A DNA stretch of 63,998 bases, filler included, from Ionaspis alba (GCA_964255285.1; 8 parts of 8 records of this genome joined end to end with filler, not necessarily neighbours in it), one strand, 5' to 3'; shown: positions 12,877 through 26,263, numbered from the whole stretch's first letter. The notes: generated by a model not told the origin, from the sequence alone. Program-made: numbers and translations.

Positions 12877-15800
12877 ATGGTGACGGTTATTATTGCTGCG
12901 GGCACTTGCATCAACAATACAAGCGCTGGATGGTGAGAGGTCGATGCAAGCTTTCCGTCACCCGCGCCAATGCGTCATTGTTTCGCTTACCCCACTCCTC
13001 TCCCTTTCTTCCCTACAGCTCCCCCATGGTAACATTCCTTCTCCGCAGTCTGCTTCCTTCCATACTGATGATACTAGTACTAGCATCCATCCATCATACT
13101 ATCCTCTATCCCTATCCGCCCACTTCCACCCGCCGCAAAGTACAACATCCTCGCATGATCCTTCTAGAATGACGCTAGAAGGCGCAATTGCAGCCTCCGA
13201 AGGAACAGTGGCAGGCGGATGGGGCGTTCTGATGGATTTGCAAGCAGAATCCTACTTGAGTCATTCGGGTCAGCGCTAACTCCTCCTTTTTCTCTCTTGG
13301 AAAGTAGCAAACTTGCGGGCAGTAATGGCCGATCTCCAGAACCCATGGCGTTGCCTGCCAACCTTCTTTGGACCTCTCCAAGCCATCGCTGCTGCCACGC
13401 CTCCACACTCCCACCACTGCCGTCATGGCCCGTCGATCCACACCGTTAGAGTCTCCGATCTCTACACCCCGGTCTTCTAGAAGACTTCTAGCGGCCTTCT
13501 AGTGGCTTCCAGTAGGATTCCGAAGCACACCACATTGATGATGGCCACGAGCCCGCATGTGCTTTCCCCTGCCTCCGATACGACCCCTAATGCACTATTT
13601 CACTGCGTTTGTCAGAAGCCACCAGATTTCCCTTCCACCATGACTCTCCACAACAAACGGTCTCCCAGCTAAAAAACGACACGTTTTTCGCACCGTTCAT
13701 GGCTCCCAAAGATCTTTGTCCCTTAGGTGATCCGTGCAAATCGCGGGTGTAATTGCCTTCAGCTTACAGCTTTGGTGGTGGGCTAGAACAATCAATCAAT
13801 CGAGGAATATCGGGCTGCTGTGGAGACCTGTGCTGCTGCTTGCGTGATGGATGTGAAACAGCCTATCAACTGAGCCGGGTAAGCAGGATAAGCATTCGGA
13901 CATGCTTCTGGACGAATAGTACAGGGGTGAATCGCATGATGTCGGAAATCATTGGAATGGCTACTGATGCTGCAATATGCGAGACTCGACATAATCTGCA
14001 ACCCGCCGTTTCTGGCCACTGAGGGGAGAAACAGCGACCAATCGCCCATGGAGAGTATGCGCTAGTGCCTTTCATCGAGTGCAAGCGATCCACATAAGTT
14101 TCTGATCTTCTAGCTTCTCGCACCAACTCCCTCATCCAATGCTTGGACCGTCTAAGAAAGGAATATCTTCCAGTCCTCCATGGATACATCGTTTGTCCAC
14201 TCTCAGGCGTTCCATTAGGCTTTTGTTCCTTCTCGCTCCCAGCCAGTCCAGATTCCAACAGCCTCGATCCTGTCGGACATACTTCCTGCTCTTCCGAAAT
14301 CATGCATGCATGTATGAAATTGCAGCATGTAAGTGATTGCCAGGGCCATGGATAAGCTGGGCAAGCAGTTAGATTCAAGAATTCTTCGTTGCTGAGGACG
14401 CGTCGAAGGCTGGGCTGATGCCCTCTGTGGGCTGATGGTAAGTTCCGATTTTTATTGCTCTTCCAAACCCCGTCTTCTCCGACCCGCGTCGGCCAAAGTG
14501 CTTGACGACATCCACACGATTACATGAAAGACATGGCTCGTCAATCACTACACAATCTAAGACAGTTCTCGTGAAGCTAAAGGTCTGGTGATATGACGAT
14601 CTCTTGACTTCATCTTAGCCCTGTCAGAAATGTCCGAAGACTGAGACAGCGGCGGTGCAATTATATGGCATTATTGTTCCCAAGGCAGGAGTCACCGTGG
14701 CGGATTGTCTCTGCAACTCGTGGCCTCTATATGGCTCAGTACGCCGAGCTTTTCCAAGCATGCTCCGTAGGTACGTACACAGACAGCAAATTAGGGTCAG
14801 CTTCGGCGCTTGCACTCTGATCTCCATAGTCAAGGCTGTCGCAACAACTGCGCAGGACTTAGCACTATCACCGCGATTACTAGTCTGAAAGTGGAAACAG
14901 CACATAGCTTTCACAGTCTCCACAGATAATTCCCATGATGAGCGCACCCTTCAATAAGGCGAAGGAGGTACCAAGCCGCTGGCATCCAAGCTCCAGTCAT
15001 CTGCCTGCGTCCAATGCAACCCCATCGACCCACAATCTCAGTAACCCAGCTTCCAAAAAAACCCACTCCCCCAACTGCCGACTGCGCAGCTTACACCCGA
15101 AAAAGCCAGCACGAAAAAGCGATTGGACCTCCTCCAGCTCTGATATTCCAATGACCACCCTCCCCCCACGCGCTTCGACTCAGCAGGGGCCCAGGGTAAC
15201 ATTTCAAATCCCGCGAACCAGATGCAGCCTAAGCTGCATTGCATAGAGCCGCGGACGTTTCCATGGATTACCGCTGTCTGCATGGCGTGCATCTGATGGG
15301 GCTCTATCGTTCGAAGGGCCGGATCCACGCTCGGGGTCAACGCGGTTGCAATGGTCTCGGGTCGCTTTTTTGGTTGTTGCTTTCGTGTTGGCTGCACTCT
15401 GTGTTGTTGCTGAGCGAGTAAGTGTAATGGGCTGGATCCTTTGATTGCGAGCTACTGATAAGTAGATCGCGCGTCTGGTGGGCGATCGAGGGTTTTGGGG
15501 TCGAGGTAATTGACGCTGAGGTGTTCAGCTCGGGCGTGTGGAATCGCGTGCGTTTCACTGGATACTTCTTAGAAGCTGCACACATCATTGATTCTTCCTC
15601 TGATTCTTCCATATACACATTTTATTTTCTTTTGACACAAGAACTTCTCCAAGACTTGTCGTCAGTTCTCTTTTGATCCCTATTGTTCTAGAATTTTGCG
15701 TTCCTCAGTCTCCACGACAGCTTGACATCCTCTTTTGCAATTGCCGAATGTGGAGCCACTCTACCGCGTTTCGCACAGAACTTAACATTTGAAAGGTTTA

Positions 15801-16456
15801 TAATCTATTGGGTCACCATAGACCAAAGGATCACGGAATTACTCTGAATACCAATTCCTAAAATCCTCAACACAATCCCCAAATCCGATACTCGTCGAAC
15901 ACTCATATCGCGTCAAGCAAACCCCCTCAACACTATAAGGAAAGGAACCGAGTGAGCCCTTTCGAAAATGATGTTGAGCGAGGCAATGTGTCTGTTCTCT
16001 CATCCTTCACCAACAAACACTCCCTCGTTTTGTCGTCTTTGTGGAGCACGACGGGCTTCGTACAACCCCTCGAAATCCATTGCTCAATTTTGCGAAGATC
16101 CGTCTGCAGATGATGGTTTTGCTTGCTGCTCATAAGTCATGTGAAGCGGACGGCGGGAAACGTATCTGGTGGGCAGAGACCGCTCAGAATGCTTGACGGT
16201 GATGAAAGGGGCATGCATGAATGAGTGCAAGTAGACTAACTTTCGTACCCATGGTGGAGGACGACGCTTTCGTCCAACACTACTAGCATTTGTGAAAGTA
16301 CCCGCCTGTTTGGAGTCGGTAGTGATTGATCCTCTTCGATCTCAGTCATCATATCTCCCTAGATAACAAAGGATCTGAGATTCCTGACGATGTGCTAGAG
16401 CTCTTATAGTCTAGAATGGTCATGCTCAAACGAGAATCGTGCACATCAGGTCTACT

Positions 16457-16556
16457 NNNNNNNNNNNNNNNNNNNNNNNNNNNNNNNNNNNNNNNNNNNN
16501 TTAATTAATTAANNNNNNNNNNNNNNNNNNNNNNNNNNNNNNNNNNNNNNNNNNNN
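16457..16556. other. Artificial contig linker
   Basis: N-TTAATTAATTAA-N. Confidence 0.99.
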
Positions 16557-16582
16557 CCAAGTTCTATACCGTGCCTACATCT

Positions 16583-17606
16583 CTACCAATAATTCTTATA
16601 ATCACTAAACCCTGCCGCCGCCTCCAAATCATCCGCATTAATGAAATCCACTCCCTCGGACCAAAGTTGCTTCCAAACCCCATTACGCAGACTCACCGGC
16701 CAAGCAGGCAACTCCCAATACCTAACCTTAATCCCCTTCCCATGAGCAACCGCCACCTGCGCCTTCAACCTCTCAAGCTGCGTAGCATTGAACACGCCCG
16801 AGGTATTCGAAAGCGTACCAAACTGCGCCGGGAAGTTGGTCGATGCTATTGGCGAGACCAAAGCCGTGATATTGCTAAACGAGCTATTGAGCGTCGGGAT
16901 GGGCGCGTCGTAGAAATAGTCTCGGTTCTTGACCGGCTGCACCTGCTCAAGAGGTGTATTCCCCGTCCCGATAACAGTGATAGCCCCGTAGTTCACAGCC
17001 GTACTGCTCGCATTCACGCTCGACAAATACCCCCTCTGCCGCAACGGCTCCAAAGCCTTCACCACATACGGCCACGTCGTGTTCCCCGCGGTCTTGACAT
17101 CCACAAAAAGATACAGAGTCTGGCTGCTGTAGCCATCGAAGACGCCGTTCTTGGTCCTCGAGCGCACGAAAGGCGAGACAGGGTTTTCGCGTTCGAGGAC
17201 CGAGAGAATGGGGTTTATGTACAGGGATTCGAAGGTGCGGGAGGGGGTTAGCGCCGAGGGCTCGTGGCCGATGTAGAGAGTTCCGTTGTAGAGCCAGACG
17301 TCGGCTTCGATGCTGGTGCAGCCGTAGGAGAGGGCGCTGTAGAAGGGGAGGGCGCGCCAGTAGTCGTTGTGGCTGTGGATGCCTTTCTGTGGAGGGTATG
17401 GTCAGGAGAGGGTGGCAGTTGGGGGGGAGGGCCGTGGGAGAAGATTGTCTTACTGGTACGATCCCCCTGGTCAGATCGGTGGGGTAGTTGTACAGCTTGT
17501 TTCCTGAATCGGAAAGGACTTTTTGCAGGCTTGAAGAGACATCAGGCGCGATTGCGGAAGCGATTGACGCGAGGGACAGAAACGTTGCAGCAGATGAGAG
17601 CCTCAT
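16583..17606 (-). CDS. Secreted AIM6-like PLC-type phosphodiesterase (2 exons)
   Basis: Signal peptide MRLSSAATFLSLASIASA; after intron (~17453-17387) KGIHSHNDYW...SIEADVW...IGHE; LFVDVKT; AHGKGIKVRYW; GVDFINADDL. Confidence 0.88.
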
Positions 17607-18310
17607 TTTGACGGTGATTTGCAAAATGCAAAGCGATGCAGGTACCTACCGTGGACAGGCTCTACTATATAGAAATCGAAGTACAGAGCAGTATCAATTG
17701 CTCCGCGCCTGTCGTCATTGTTGATGAGAGTTCCTGGATCCATTGACCAATCATAGCAGCCACGTGGGGGTGAAGATCCCCACATCAGGCAGCTTAGAAC
17801 AGAAGAAAAACTACGTTAGTAGAGTTCAAACGTCCTTGGCACTTTGTAAACAACACCATTGTCAATTGCATAAATACATAGGAGATAAGTGCCAATAGCA
17901 CACATTCGCAAATCCTAACTGCCATTGGTAGTAGCTAAGCGACTCCCTTTTGTGCAAGTCTTACCGGGGTGAGATCGTCAACATCGGAAGATTCGTCCTC
18001 CGATGATGTACGGAGTTGTAACACTCCGATGCGGTCCAGCAGCTGTGGAAGTTGGCTGTGGCTTTCCGCCTCCCATTTCACAAGCAAGATGATCAGCTGC
18101 TTTTCCGTTTCACGACTGTCGGGTACAAATCCCTCCCTCCCTCTCTTGCTCTCTCTTTACGGAGCTCCGGTTCTATTTTCCCACATTGCGCGAACTTCTT
18201 GAACCATTCAGTGGTGTAGCTGAGCTGCTCAATTAATCGCGTGCCGTTCTACTGCACCGCGTATTCTCGCGAACTTATCATCTTTGGGAAGCTGCAATAG
18301 GCTCGTGATC

Positions 18311-19997
18311 ATGGCTGGAAACTTGGATCAGAGTGTTTTCGTTGTGCTTGCGGTTGTCGCAGTACTCTATGTACTGGCAGAGCGGTTCATGAGTATAAAG
18401 CTCGATCCAAAGGAGCCTCCAATGGTTGCACCTAAAATCCCATATGTTGGTCACATTCTGGGTCTAATACAGCATGGGAGCCATTATTACAGCAGAATCA
18501 GGTTTGATATCCCAATCGGGAAGTTCGGAATCGGGTTTGACTGACCGTTAGTGCAAAACACCCGCTCCCAATCTTCACCCTTCCCATGCTCAGTGGAAGA
18601 GCCTACGTAGTTACCTCGCCCGAACTCGTCACTGCGGTCCAGCGCAACTCGAAGTCCCTCGTCTTTCCGCCCTTTGTCGTAAGCGCTACTACTCGCATGA
18701 CCGGCGCTTCGAAAGACGGCGATGTTAAGGTGCGGAAAAATCTTTTGGGGGAGGAGGGCGAACATGGGCTTTACAAAGATATCCATAAGGGCATGTTTAT
18801 GGCTCTGGCCCCTGGCAAGGATCTCGATGCTTTGAACGATGATATGATTAGGGGTATCTCTACGAGCATGAATGAGCTTGATTGCCCGGGCGGCAAAGTC
18901 ATCGATCTTTTCGCGTGGTCTCAGCATATCATTGGACAAGCTTCGACGACCGCTGTGTATGGACCATTGAACCCTTTCAAAGTGCGGCCCGAATTGGAAG
19001 AAGCCTTTTGGTAAGTTTGTTCCTTTTAGTTTTATTTTCTTGCTCAAGTAGGGGAATCTAATTAGTCATTTGCAGGACCTGGGAAAAGAACATCATTATG
19101 ATGCTCATGGATGTGGCGCCGAACATCACGGCACCTGCCGCCCATCAGGCGCGGGAAAAAATAATTGGAGCATTGGCAGACTACTTGAAGGAGGATGGGC
19201 ATTTGCAGGGATCGGCACTGGTGAAAGTGCGGCAACTCTACAACAGAAAGTATGGGGTTTCGATCGAAGATGCTGCGAGATGGGAGCTGGCCATGCACTT
19301 GGCAATCATTGTCAACAGCACGCCTTCCACCTTCTGGATCATCGGACACATCTTCTCGGATCCTGCTCTCCTTGCAGCTGTGCGAGAAGAAGTGGCTGCT
19401 GTTGTCACGCTCGATACGTCTAGCGAAAAGCCTGTGAGGAAGATCGATGCGAGCAAGATGAAGGAGATTTGCCCTCTCCTTGTTTCTATCTATCAGGAAG
19501 TCCTGCGCCTGCACTCTTTCGGAGTATCGACACGTCGTGTAATGCAAGATACGATCCTGAGCGACAGATACCTGCTCAAGAAAGATTCCGTCGTGCAAAT
19601 GCCCTCCGGAGTCCTGCACACCGATCCCGCCATCTGGGGCTCAGATGTGAAGGAATTCGATCCTCGACGTTTCATGAGACAGGATAGCAAGAAGGGCGAG
19701 ACGAAGAAGATCGGTTGCTTCCGTGCTTTCGGTGGTGGCGCCTCGCTCTGTCCTGGCAGACACTTTGCCACAACTGAGATCCTGTCCATTGTCACCATGT
19801 TCGTTATGAGATACGACATAACGCCTGTAGAGGGAAAGTGGGATCTTCCGACCAAGTATATCCACAATCTTGCGACTGCGGTCTCGGCGCCTGATCGGGA
19901 TATGAGGGTCAGGGTGTCGAAGAGGAAGGGGTATGAGGATACGGAGTGGCAGTTTGTGTTTAGCGGATCTGATGCCAAGTTCGCATTGAATGTATAA
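18311..19997 (+). CDS. Cytochrome P450 (CYP7/CYP8-like fungal clan), 3 exons
   Basis: N-terminal TM and PP motif; EVLR (ExxR); FDPRRF; heme motif FGGGASLCPGRHFA; introns ~18502-18551 and 19011-19075. Confidence 0.95.
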
Positions 19998-20124
19998 AAT
20001 AGCATTGGAATATGGACTGTTTATATTTCCTGGTTGATAACTTATTATCCTCCAATACATAAAATCCAATAGCGTGCGGATCCTCTGAGCCTTTGCATTG
20101 CCTAATTATGAGCATTTTCTGGTG

Positions 20125-21753
20125 CTACGATTGACCGTTGTCGGTGCCTTCCGATGCCTCCTCCTGTTTGGCAGGGGTGTCCTCCATTCCTTCTATCTTC
20201 TCGATACCTCCTGCCTTTGCCTTATCGGCCTTCTTCATCTGTCTTCTACTCGGCTCTTTCGTGCTACTAGAAGATGCAACGACCTTCGAAGGCCACCGTT
20301 GCCTCGCCTTTGCTTCATCTTCTCCAGTCCACTTTCGTGGCAGGATAGCAAATACCAGGTACGAAGTATGCGTCTTTAGCTCAATTTCTGGCCTATGAAT
20401 GAGCCTGCCCTCCTTGAATAGCTTTCGATTGGCTTGTGCATCTCTGATATCCGCGAGTCGCTGCTGTTTTGAGACATAATTACTAGAGCTGGGGGTTCCA
20501 GCTTCCTCGCCGATATCCATCGCTTCTTCTTTTGACTCAGCATGAAAATTCCTTGCGCGTGCTTCGACTTCTCGTAGTCTTGTCAAAGCCTCTTCCACTG
20601 AAGCTGGAGATGCATTGACTCCTCGGAGGCCTTCCTCCTGTAAGCCGACTCGTTCTCTTCTTGCCTCGATCCGCTTCGCTGCGATCTCGACCATCTCAAT
20701 TTCCAGCCATCCGAGTTGCCGGAGCGTGGAAACAGTACGTTGAACTTGTTCTATACAAGGTGAAAATGTGCATATCCGTACCGTTGATCTCGGGTTGAGT
20801 ACTGATGGGCTGGAGCTTCCATTCTCCCTAGGAGAAGCTGGTATTCTGTCTTCAGTTTGACTTTCCATACTACCAGCGACGCTAGTAGAGTCATTTCTCG
20901 TAAGATGTCGCAAGGCAAGCCATGGTGCTGGGAGGTCGAGGAAAACAGCATCGACAGCTACCACATTTTGAGATCCACGCGAGACAGAAAAGCCATCCTC
21001 ACACACATCCCTGTGCGTAAGCTCCACAATACCATTTAAGCCATGATCCCGTAGCTCAATCTTGAGCTTCTCAGCTCGCTGCTCATGGAACTCAAAACTC
21101 CACACTTTCCCTTTACGACGCATTGGCGAAGCAGATCTCAAGTCCGTAGCATCATCGTGAGCATCGGGATAACCGCTGAAAATTGCCCTCGCCGCCGCGT
21201 GCGTGAAAGAACCGCTTCCTGCCCCTGCTTCGATGACGGTAGTTCCAGGCCTGGCCCTGAGGCGCTGGAGGATATAGCTGTAGTCTGGTGTATATACCAC
21301 CTGCGTCCGGTGCGGTAAAGAAGTTGTCCACGACTCCGGAGTGGGAGGTAGAAGGTGAGCAAACCCTGAGGAAGCTACCTTTGCAGCTTTTGCAGGAGTA
21401 GCGACTCCATCAGCTGTAGCTGTGACCGGCGTGGATCCTTCCGGTGTATCTATCTCTCGTTTCCTTTTCTGGCCTTGAGACAGCTGGGCGTTGGCGCCTT
21501 TTCGTCCTCGTGAACCGGTGTCTACTGCAGAGGCTCGGACTTGGGAGCCCCAAGGGACGCCGATCAAAGTACTGTGAGGAAACGAGCCGAACCGACTGTT
21601 GGTGACTTTGCCTTCATCGTAACCTTCGTTCTTATCATCTTCTCTCCTCAACAAGGTTGGAATTTGAAGATCTCTCTTTAGGTGCAAGACGGCAAGGGAA
21701 TCGGCTTTGGATTGCAAGCCCAGATCTAAAAATGGCGATGTCATCAGAGCCAT
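20125..21753 (-). CDS. TRM61: tRNA (adenine58-N1)-methyltransferase catalytic subunit
   Basis: LPHRTQVVYTPDYS, IEAGAGSGSFTH, FEFHEQRA, AVFLDLPAPW, FSPCIEQV, THTSYLVFA. Confidence 0.96.
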   Translation of the reverse strand: MALMTSPFLDLGLQSKADSLAVLHLKRDLQIPTLLRREDDKNEGYDEGKVTNSRFGSFPHSTLIGVPWGSQVRASAVDTGSRGRKGANAQLSQGQKRKREIDTPEGSTPVTATADGVATPAKAAKVASSGFAHLLPPTPESWTTSLPHRTQVVYTPDYSYILQRLRARPGTTVIEAGAGSGSFTHAAARAIFSGYPDAHDDATDLRSASPMRRKGKVWSFEFHEQRAEKLKIELRDHGLNGIVELTHRDVCEDGFSVSRGSQNVVAVDAVFLDLPAPWLALRHLTRNDSTSVAGSMESQTEDRIPASPRENGSSSPSVLNPRSTVRICTFSPCIEQVQRTVSTLRQLGWLEIEMVEIAAKRIEARRERVGLQEEGLRGVNASPASVEEALTRLREVEARARNFHAESKEEAMDIGEEAGTPSSSNYVSKQQRLADIRDAQANRKLFKEGRLIHRPEIELKTHTSYLVFAILPRKWTGEDEAKARQRWPSKVVASSSSTKEPSRRQMKKADKAKAGGIEKIEGMEDTPAKQEEASEGTDNGQS

Positions 21754-22032
21754 GTTGAGTGGCTATACCCTGCCACATACTAATCCACTGGCTGCATGCT
21801 CATCTATTGATCGACCCTGCCCGGTGCATTCGTACCTAAATTTTGAGTCGTCAAGGCTAGATCGACAGTACGGGAGATCGACGATGCTTGGCAACGGCAA
21901 GCATTGGTCCCCTGCGTGACAAGCTTGACTCAATCCCAGCTACAATTGGTCGGCAACAATGCAACCCAAGGATACGAAGTTGTCGTCGTATCCTAAGCAG
22001 CTCTGAGTCAATTGATTGTCGTCTGCTCATTT

Positions 22033-24672
22033 ATGCCAGCTTCAGTGCGTTTCCATGTCACAGCTCGACTTTCATTCTTGACAGCTAGATGTTTCACGCT
22101 TCGGACAATGGCAACCTCGACGCGACAACAGCCCCCGTGGCAAGCTCCAGCTTCTCCGGGAGCTGAGGCCCAGCTGCCGCCTCTCCGTATCTGGAACTCC
22201 TTGACGCGCTCGAAAACGGCATTCACTCCTATCGACTGGAAGAATCGGAAAGTATCATGGTATGCTTGCGGGCCAACTGTGTATGATGATGCGCACCTGG
22301 GACATGCTAGGAATTATGTTACTACGGATATTATACGGCGGATAATGCAAGACTACTTTCGTTTTGATGTTCGATTTGTCATGAATATTACAGACGTTGA
22401 TGACAAGGTGTGTGTCGAATCCAGTCATTCGTTCTGTTCTCCCAGAAACATAACTTGGGACAGAGAGCGCATATACTGACCTACGGTCAGTAGATTATCC
22501 TTCGTGGGAGACAACAGCATCTACTTGCCGACTTCATTTCCAAGAATTCGTCCACCCAGTCACGGCCCCTGGAGACAGCCTTAGCCGCTCTCCAGGCTTA
22601 CCTCTCAAAAAACCTTCCAAGAGTGACTCACGATACCAGACCAAAAGATGTCAAGCAAGAGGTTGAAGAACAATACGGCAACGTTGTCTCTGGAGGATCA
22701 CTGGACGGCGGCGTTCCAGGGGACAAAGAGGCCAAGATCAAGATGCACATCAAGACCGTACTTGTAGCCTCAGAAGCTATCGTAAGCTTCGAAACAGAGC
22801 GTATCAGTCTTGACGCCTTCTACAAAGCCACGCAAGATATATTCCTGCCCTACTTAGACTCCCTCTATGGCTCTTCCATTGACGCCAAAGATCATTCAAT
22901 TTTTACGAAATTGACAAGGAGATACGAAGACCGCTTTATGGAAGATGTGAGAGCCCTCAACTGTTTAGATCCGGATGAGGTCACCAGAGTGACAGATTAT
23001 GGACCCCAAATCATTGATTTCGTGGATAGGATCCAACGAAATGGATTCGCATATGCGACGTCTGATGGTTCTGTGTACTTTGACATTGAGCGATTCGAGA
23101 AGGCAAACAACAATTACGCACGACTAGAACCATGGAGTCGAAATGACACAGAGCTTCAGGCGGATGGCGAGGGATCTTTGATCAAAAAAACTACGGAGAA
23201 GAGGTCAGATGCAGATTTTGCCCTCTGGAAGTCCTCGAAACCAGGCGAGCCAAGCTGGCCCAGTCCCTGGGGTCCAGGAAGACCAGGATGGCATATTGAA
23301 TGTTCCGCTATGGCTTCAGATAGACTGGGTGCTCAGATGGACATTCATTCAGGCGGCCGAGATTTAATGTTCCCACATCATGACAACGAATTGGCACAAA
23401 GCGAGGCGTATTGGTTAGACAAAAGTCACCAGAATCAACATCAGTGGGTCAACTATTTCTTGCACATGGGACACTTGTCCATTCAAGGATCGAAAATGTC
23501 CAAATCCCTCAAGAATTTCACAACGATTCGCGAAGCATTAGGGAGAGGTGATTGGACTCCACGAGGTCTTAGGATTGTCTTTCTCTTAGGAGGCTGGAAG
23601 GAGGGTATCGAGATTACAGATGATCTCGTTAAGGCGGGATCTGCTTGGGAGGATAAACTGAATGTAAGTTTCGTGCTCGGGCTTTAACTTGACGAGAAGT
23701 CTCGCTAAGAAGACGTAGAACTTCTTTATCAAAGTCAATGATTTACTCGACCGCCAATTGCAGATGTCAGACAGAGCAGATCAGGATGGTGTGGATGCGG
23801 ATCTGGTGAACGCTTTGCAGAAAGCAATGAAAGAGACCTTTGATGCGCTCTGCGATTCGTTCAGCACTCCTCTTGTAATGAGTGCAATATCCGAGCTGGT
23901 CTCCGTATTCAACACCGTCGAGAATCCACAAAAAGCAATCAAAACAGTACGTGAGGTAGCAGAGTGGGTTACCAAGATGGTGAACACCTTTGGCCTCAAT
24001 GGCACAGCAAATTCTCAGACAGGTTCGATTGGGTGGTCTGGTGTAACCATACCCGATGCTGCCAGACCTTATGTCTATCCGCTATCGACAGCGCGAGATG
24101 AGCTTCGACGGAAGGCCAGATCGGCGGATGGTATTTCTGCAGAGGACATCAAGACTATTTCTGAGATTCGTGTTCCTGAAGCCGTGTCGTTACAAAAGGA
24201 TAGCGCACAGTACGCAAAACTATTCGAAGCCTTTACACATGATGTCCGTAAATTGGAAACATCGTCGGCTCTGTCTAAGGATGTCCTACGTCTCTGCGAC
24301 CGCTTACGAGATGTCGACCTCTGGGATAAAGGTATCTACCTAGAAGACCGAGATGGGAACCAGCCGGCTCTAGTTCGACCAGTGACGAAGGAGCTGCTGG
24401 CGGCAAGGCAAGAAAAGGAGGAGCGGGAGCGGCAGAAGCAAAAGGCTAAGCAAGATCGAGAGAAGGAGGCGGCAGTCAAGGCAGACAAGGGCCGGCAGAG
24501 TCATCTGGATATGTTTCGGACAGCTGAGTATAGTGCTTGGGATGGTGATGGGATGCCGACAAAGGACGAAAAAGGGGAAGAATTGACCAAAAGTCGGTTG
24601 AAGAAGCTGAAGAAGGATTGGGAGCGGCAGAAGAAGCTGCATGAGGAATGGCAGAAGACGAATGCTTCATAG
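22033..24672 (+). CDS. CRS1: Cysteinyl-tRNA synthetase (3 exons; in-frame ATGs at 22033 and 22108)
   Basis: [20 protein letters not shown] (HIGH), [54 protein letters not shown]; introns ~22408-22493 and 23664-23718. Confidence 0.97.
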
Positions 24673-24691
24673 CTTTGTGTTTAGCGACCAA

Positions 24692-24791
24692 NNNNNNNNN
24701 NNNNNNNNNNNNNNNNNNNNNNNNNNNNNNNNNNNTTAATTAATTAANNNNNNNNNNNNNNNNNNNNNNNNNNNNNNNNNNNNNNNNNNNN
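24692..24791. other. Artificial contig linker
   Basis: N-TTAATTAATTAA-N. Confidence 0.99.
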
Positions 24792-25041
24792 GGCGGGGAT
24801 GGGCGGGGATTTCAGGAATCGGGGGGGCAGGCACCTCTTTGACTCCATTTTATTGCGCAGGACATGATTTTCGGACTTGGCGCCTGCGCTTGCAGCGATT
24901 CGTCACCACATCCTTGTCGCGGTGTAATCCTTGTTTACCAAGATTTATTCACTTAACATTAGTTGTAGCATCGGATTTCCTTTGCTTCGTCGACAACATT
25001 TGCAATAATTTGGGAATACTGGGTGCTAATGCAAACAATAG

Positions 25042-26263
25042 ACATGGCAAGGCAAACTCTCGGATCGAAAAGTTGCTACCATGCCATGGGATCCGACTCC
25101 GACCCCTGTTGCCCCGAGTCCCACCACACTGCCGTCGAATGCTCAGCGTCCAGCACCACAGCCGCAACCACTACCAGGCCCATCCGCAGTCTCGGCTGCG
25201 TCTACGCCTCCAAGCACGGCAGCAGGTGGCGTACACATCAAGACCGAACCAGGCACCAGCTATGATTTGCAGAACCTTCCTCCAAGCAATGGAGCCACTG
25301 CCGACTACTCAAGCCAAATCGCCTCGCAACGCGCAGCGCAGGCTCTTCAAGCGAGATTTGGTCCTCAAGCCAGTGCTCAAGTGAACGCTCTGAATGCTCG
25401 TGCCGCGATGGCCGCTCCAGGAGGGCAACCTCCAGCTCGACCACAGAACATGGCCAATCCTCCTCAATTGACCGACGAACAGCGACGTCAGCGCGAGCAG
25501 CAATACATGAGAGCGCAACAAGCCCACCATCAGGCACAGGCGCAGCAACGACAGCAAGCTCAAGCGCAATATCAGGCTATGCAGCAGGGCCAACAACGGA
25601 CTGCGGTTAATAACGCCCAGACAGATGGTGCCAGTGATTGGGATGCCATGGTTGCAAGACGGCGTGCTGAAGCTTTGAGCTCCGAATCGGGAACATATCA
25701 TGCAGATATGAGCATCCGCCAACAGGTCGAACAGATGGGTCGTGAGATGGAAGGTGGAGGGCTCATGCGACCTTTATCTGAGCATCCAAGACCGCATGTC
25801 CAAAAGAGACGCAGAGTCCTTCCCCAAGGCAACTCAGGTACTCCTAATAGCAACCTGCCGCAAACGGACAGTCCCTCCGATCTCTACGCCGCTCAGCTCG
25901 ACGTGCCCAAGATCCCCCAGATGGACGGTCCCAACGACGACGAAGACGACGGGGACAAACCCCCTGTCAAAGACGAAGAACTGGACGAAGACGCCATCAA
26001 CTCCGATCTCGACGACCCGGACGATAATGCTGTTGACGAAACGGGTGACGATGGGAATGAGGGCGAGGTCATGCTTTGTACCTATGACAAGGTGGCAAGG
26101 GTGAAGAATAAGTGGAAGTGTACGTTGAAGGATGGGGTGCTGACTACCGGTGGAAAAGAGTATGTTCCCTCTTTTCGGGGCAATTATGGTGGTTGTGAGG
26201 CGTTTGGGCTAACGGGTGGTCAGATATGTCTTTCATAAGGCGCAGGGGGAGTTCGAGTGGTGA
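25042..26263 (+). CDS. TOA1: Transcription factor IIA large (alpha/beta) subunit, 5' exon(s) missing
   Basis: WQGKLSDRKVATMPWD; Q-rich linker; DAINSDLDDPDD; MLCTYDKVARVKNKWKCTLKDG; after intron 26160-26223, EYVFHKAQGEFEW*. Confidence 0.94.

Noticed and set aside
16571..17251. 226-aa plus-strand ORF and similar antisense ORFs (28057-28734, 28580-29296, 19062-19619)
   Set aside because: Shadow frames opposite well-supported genes
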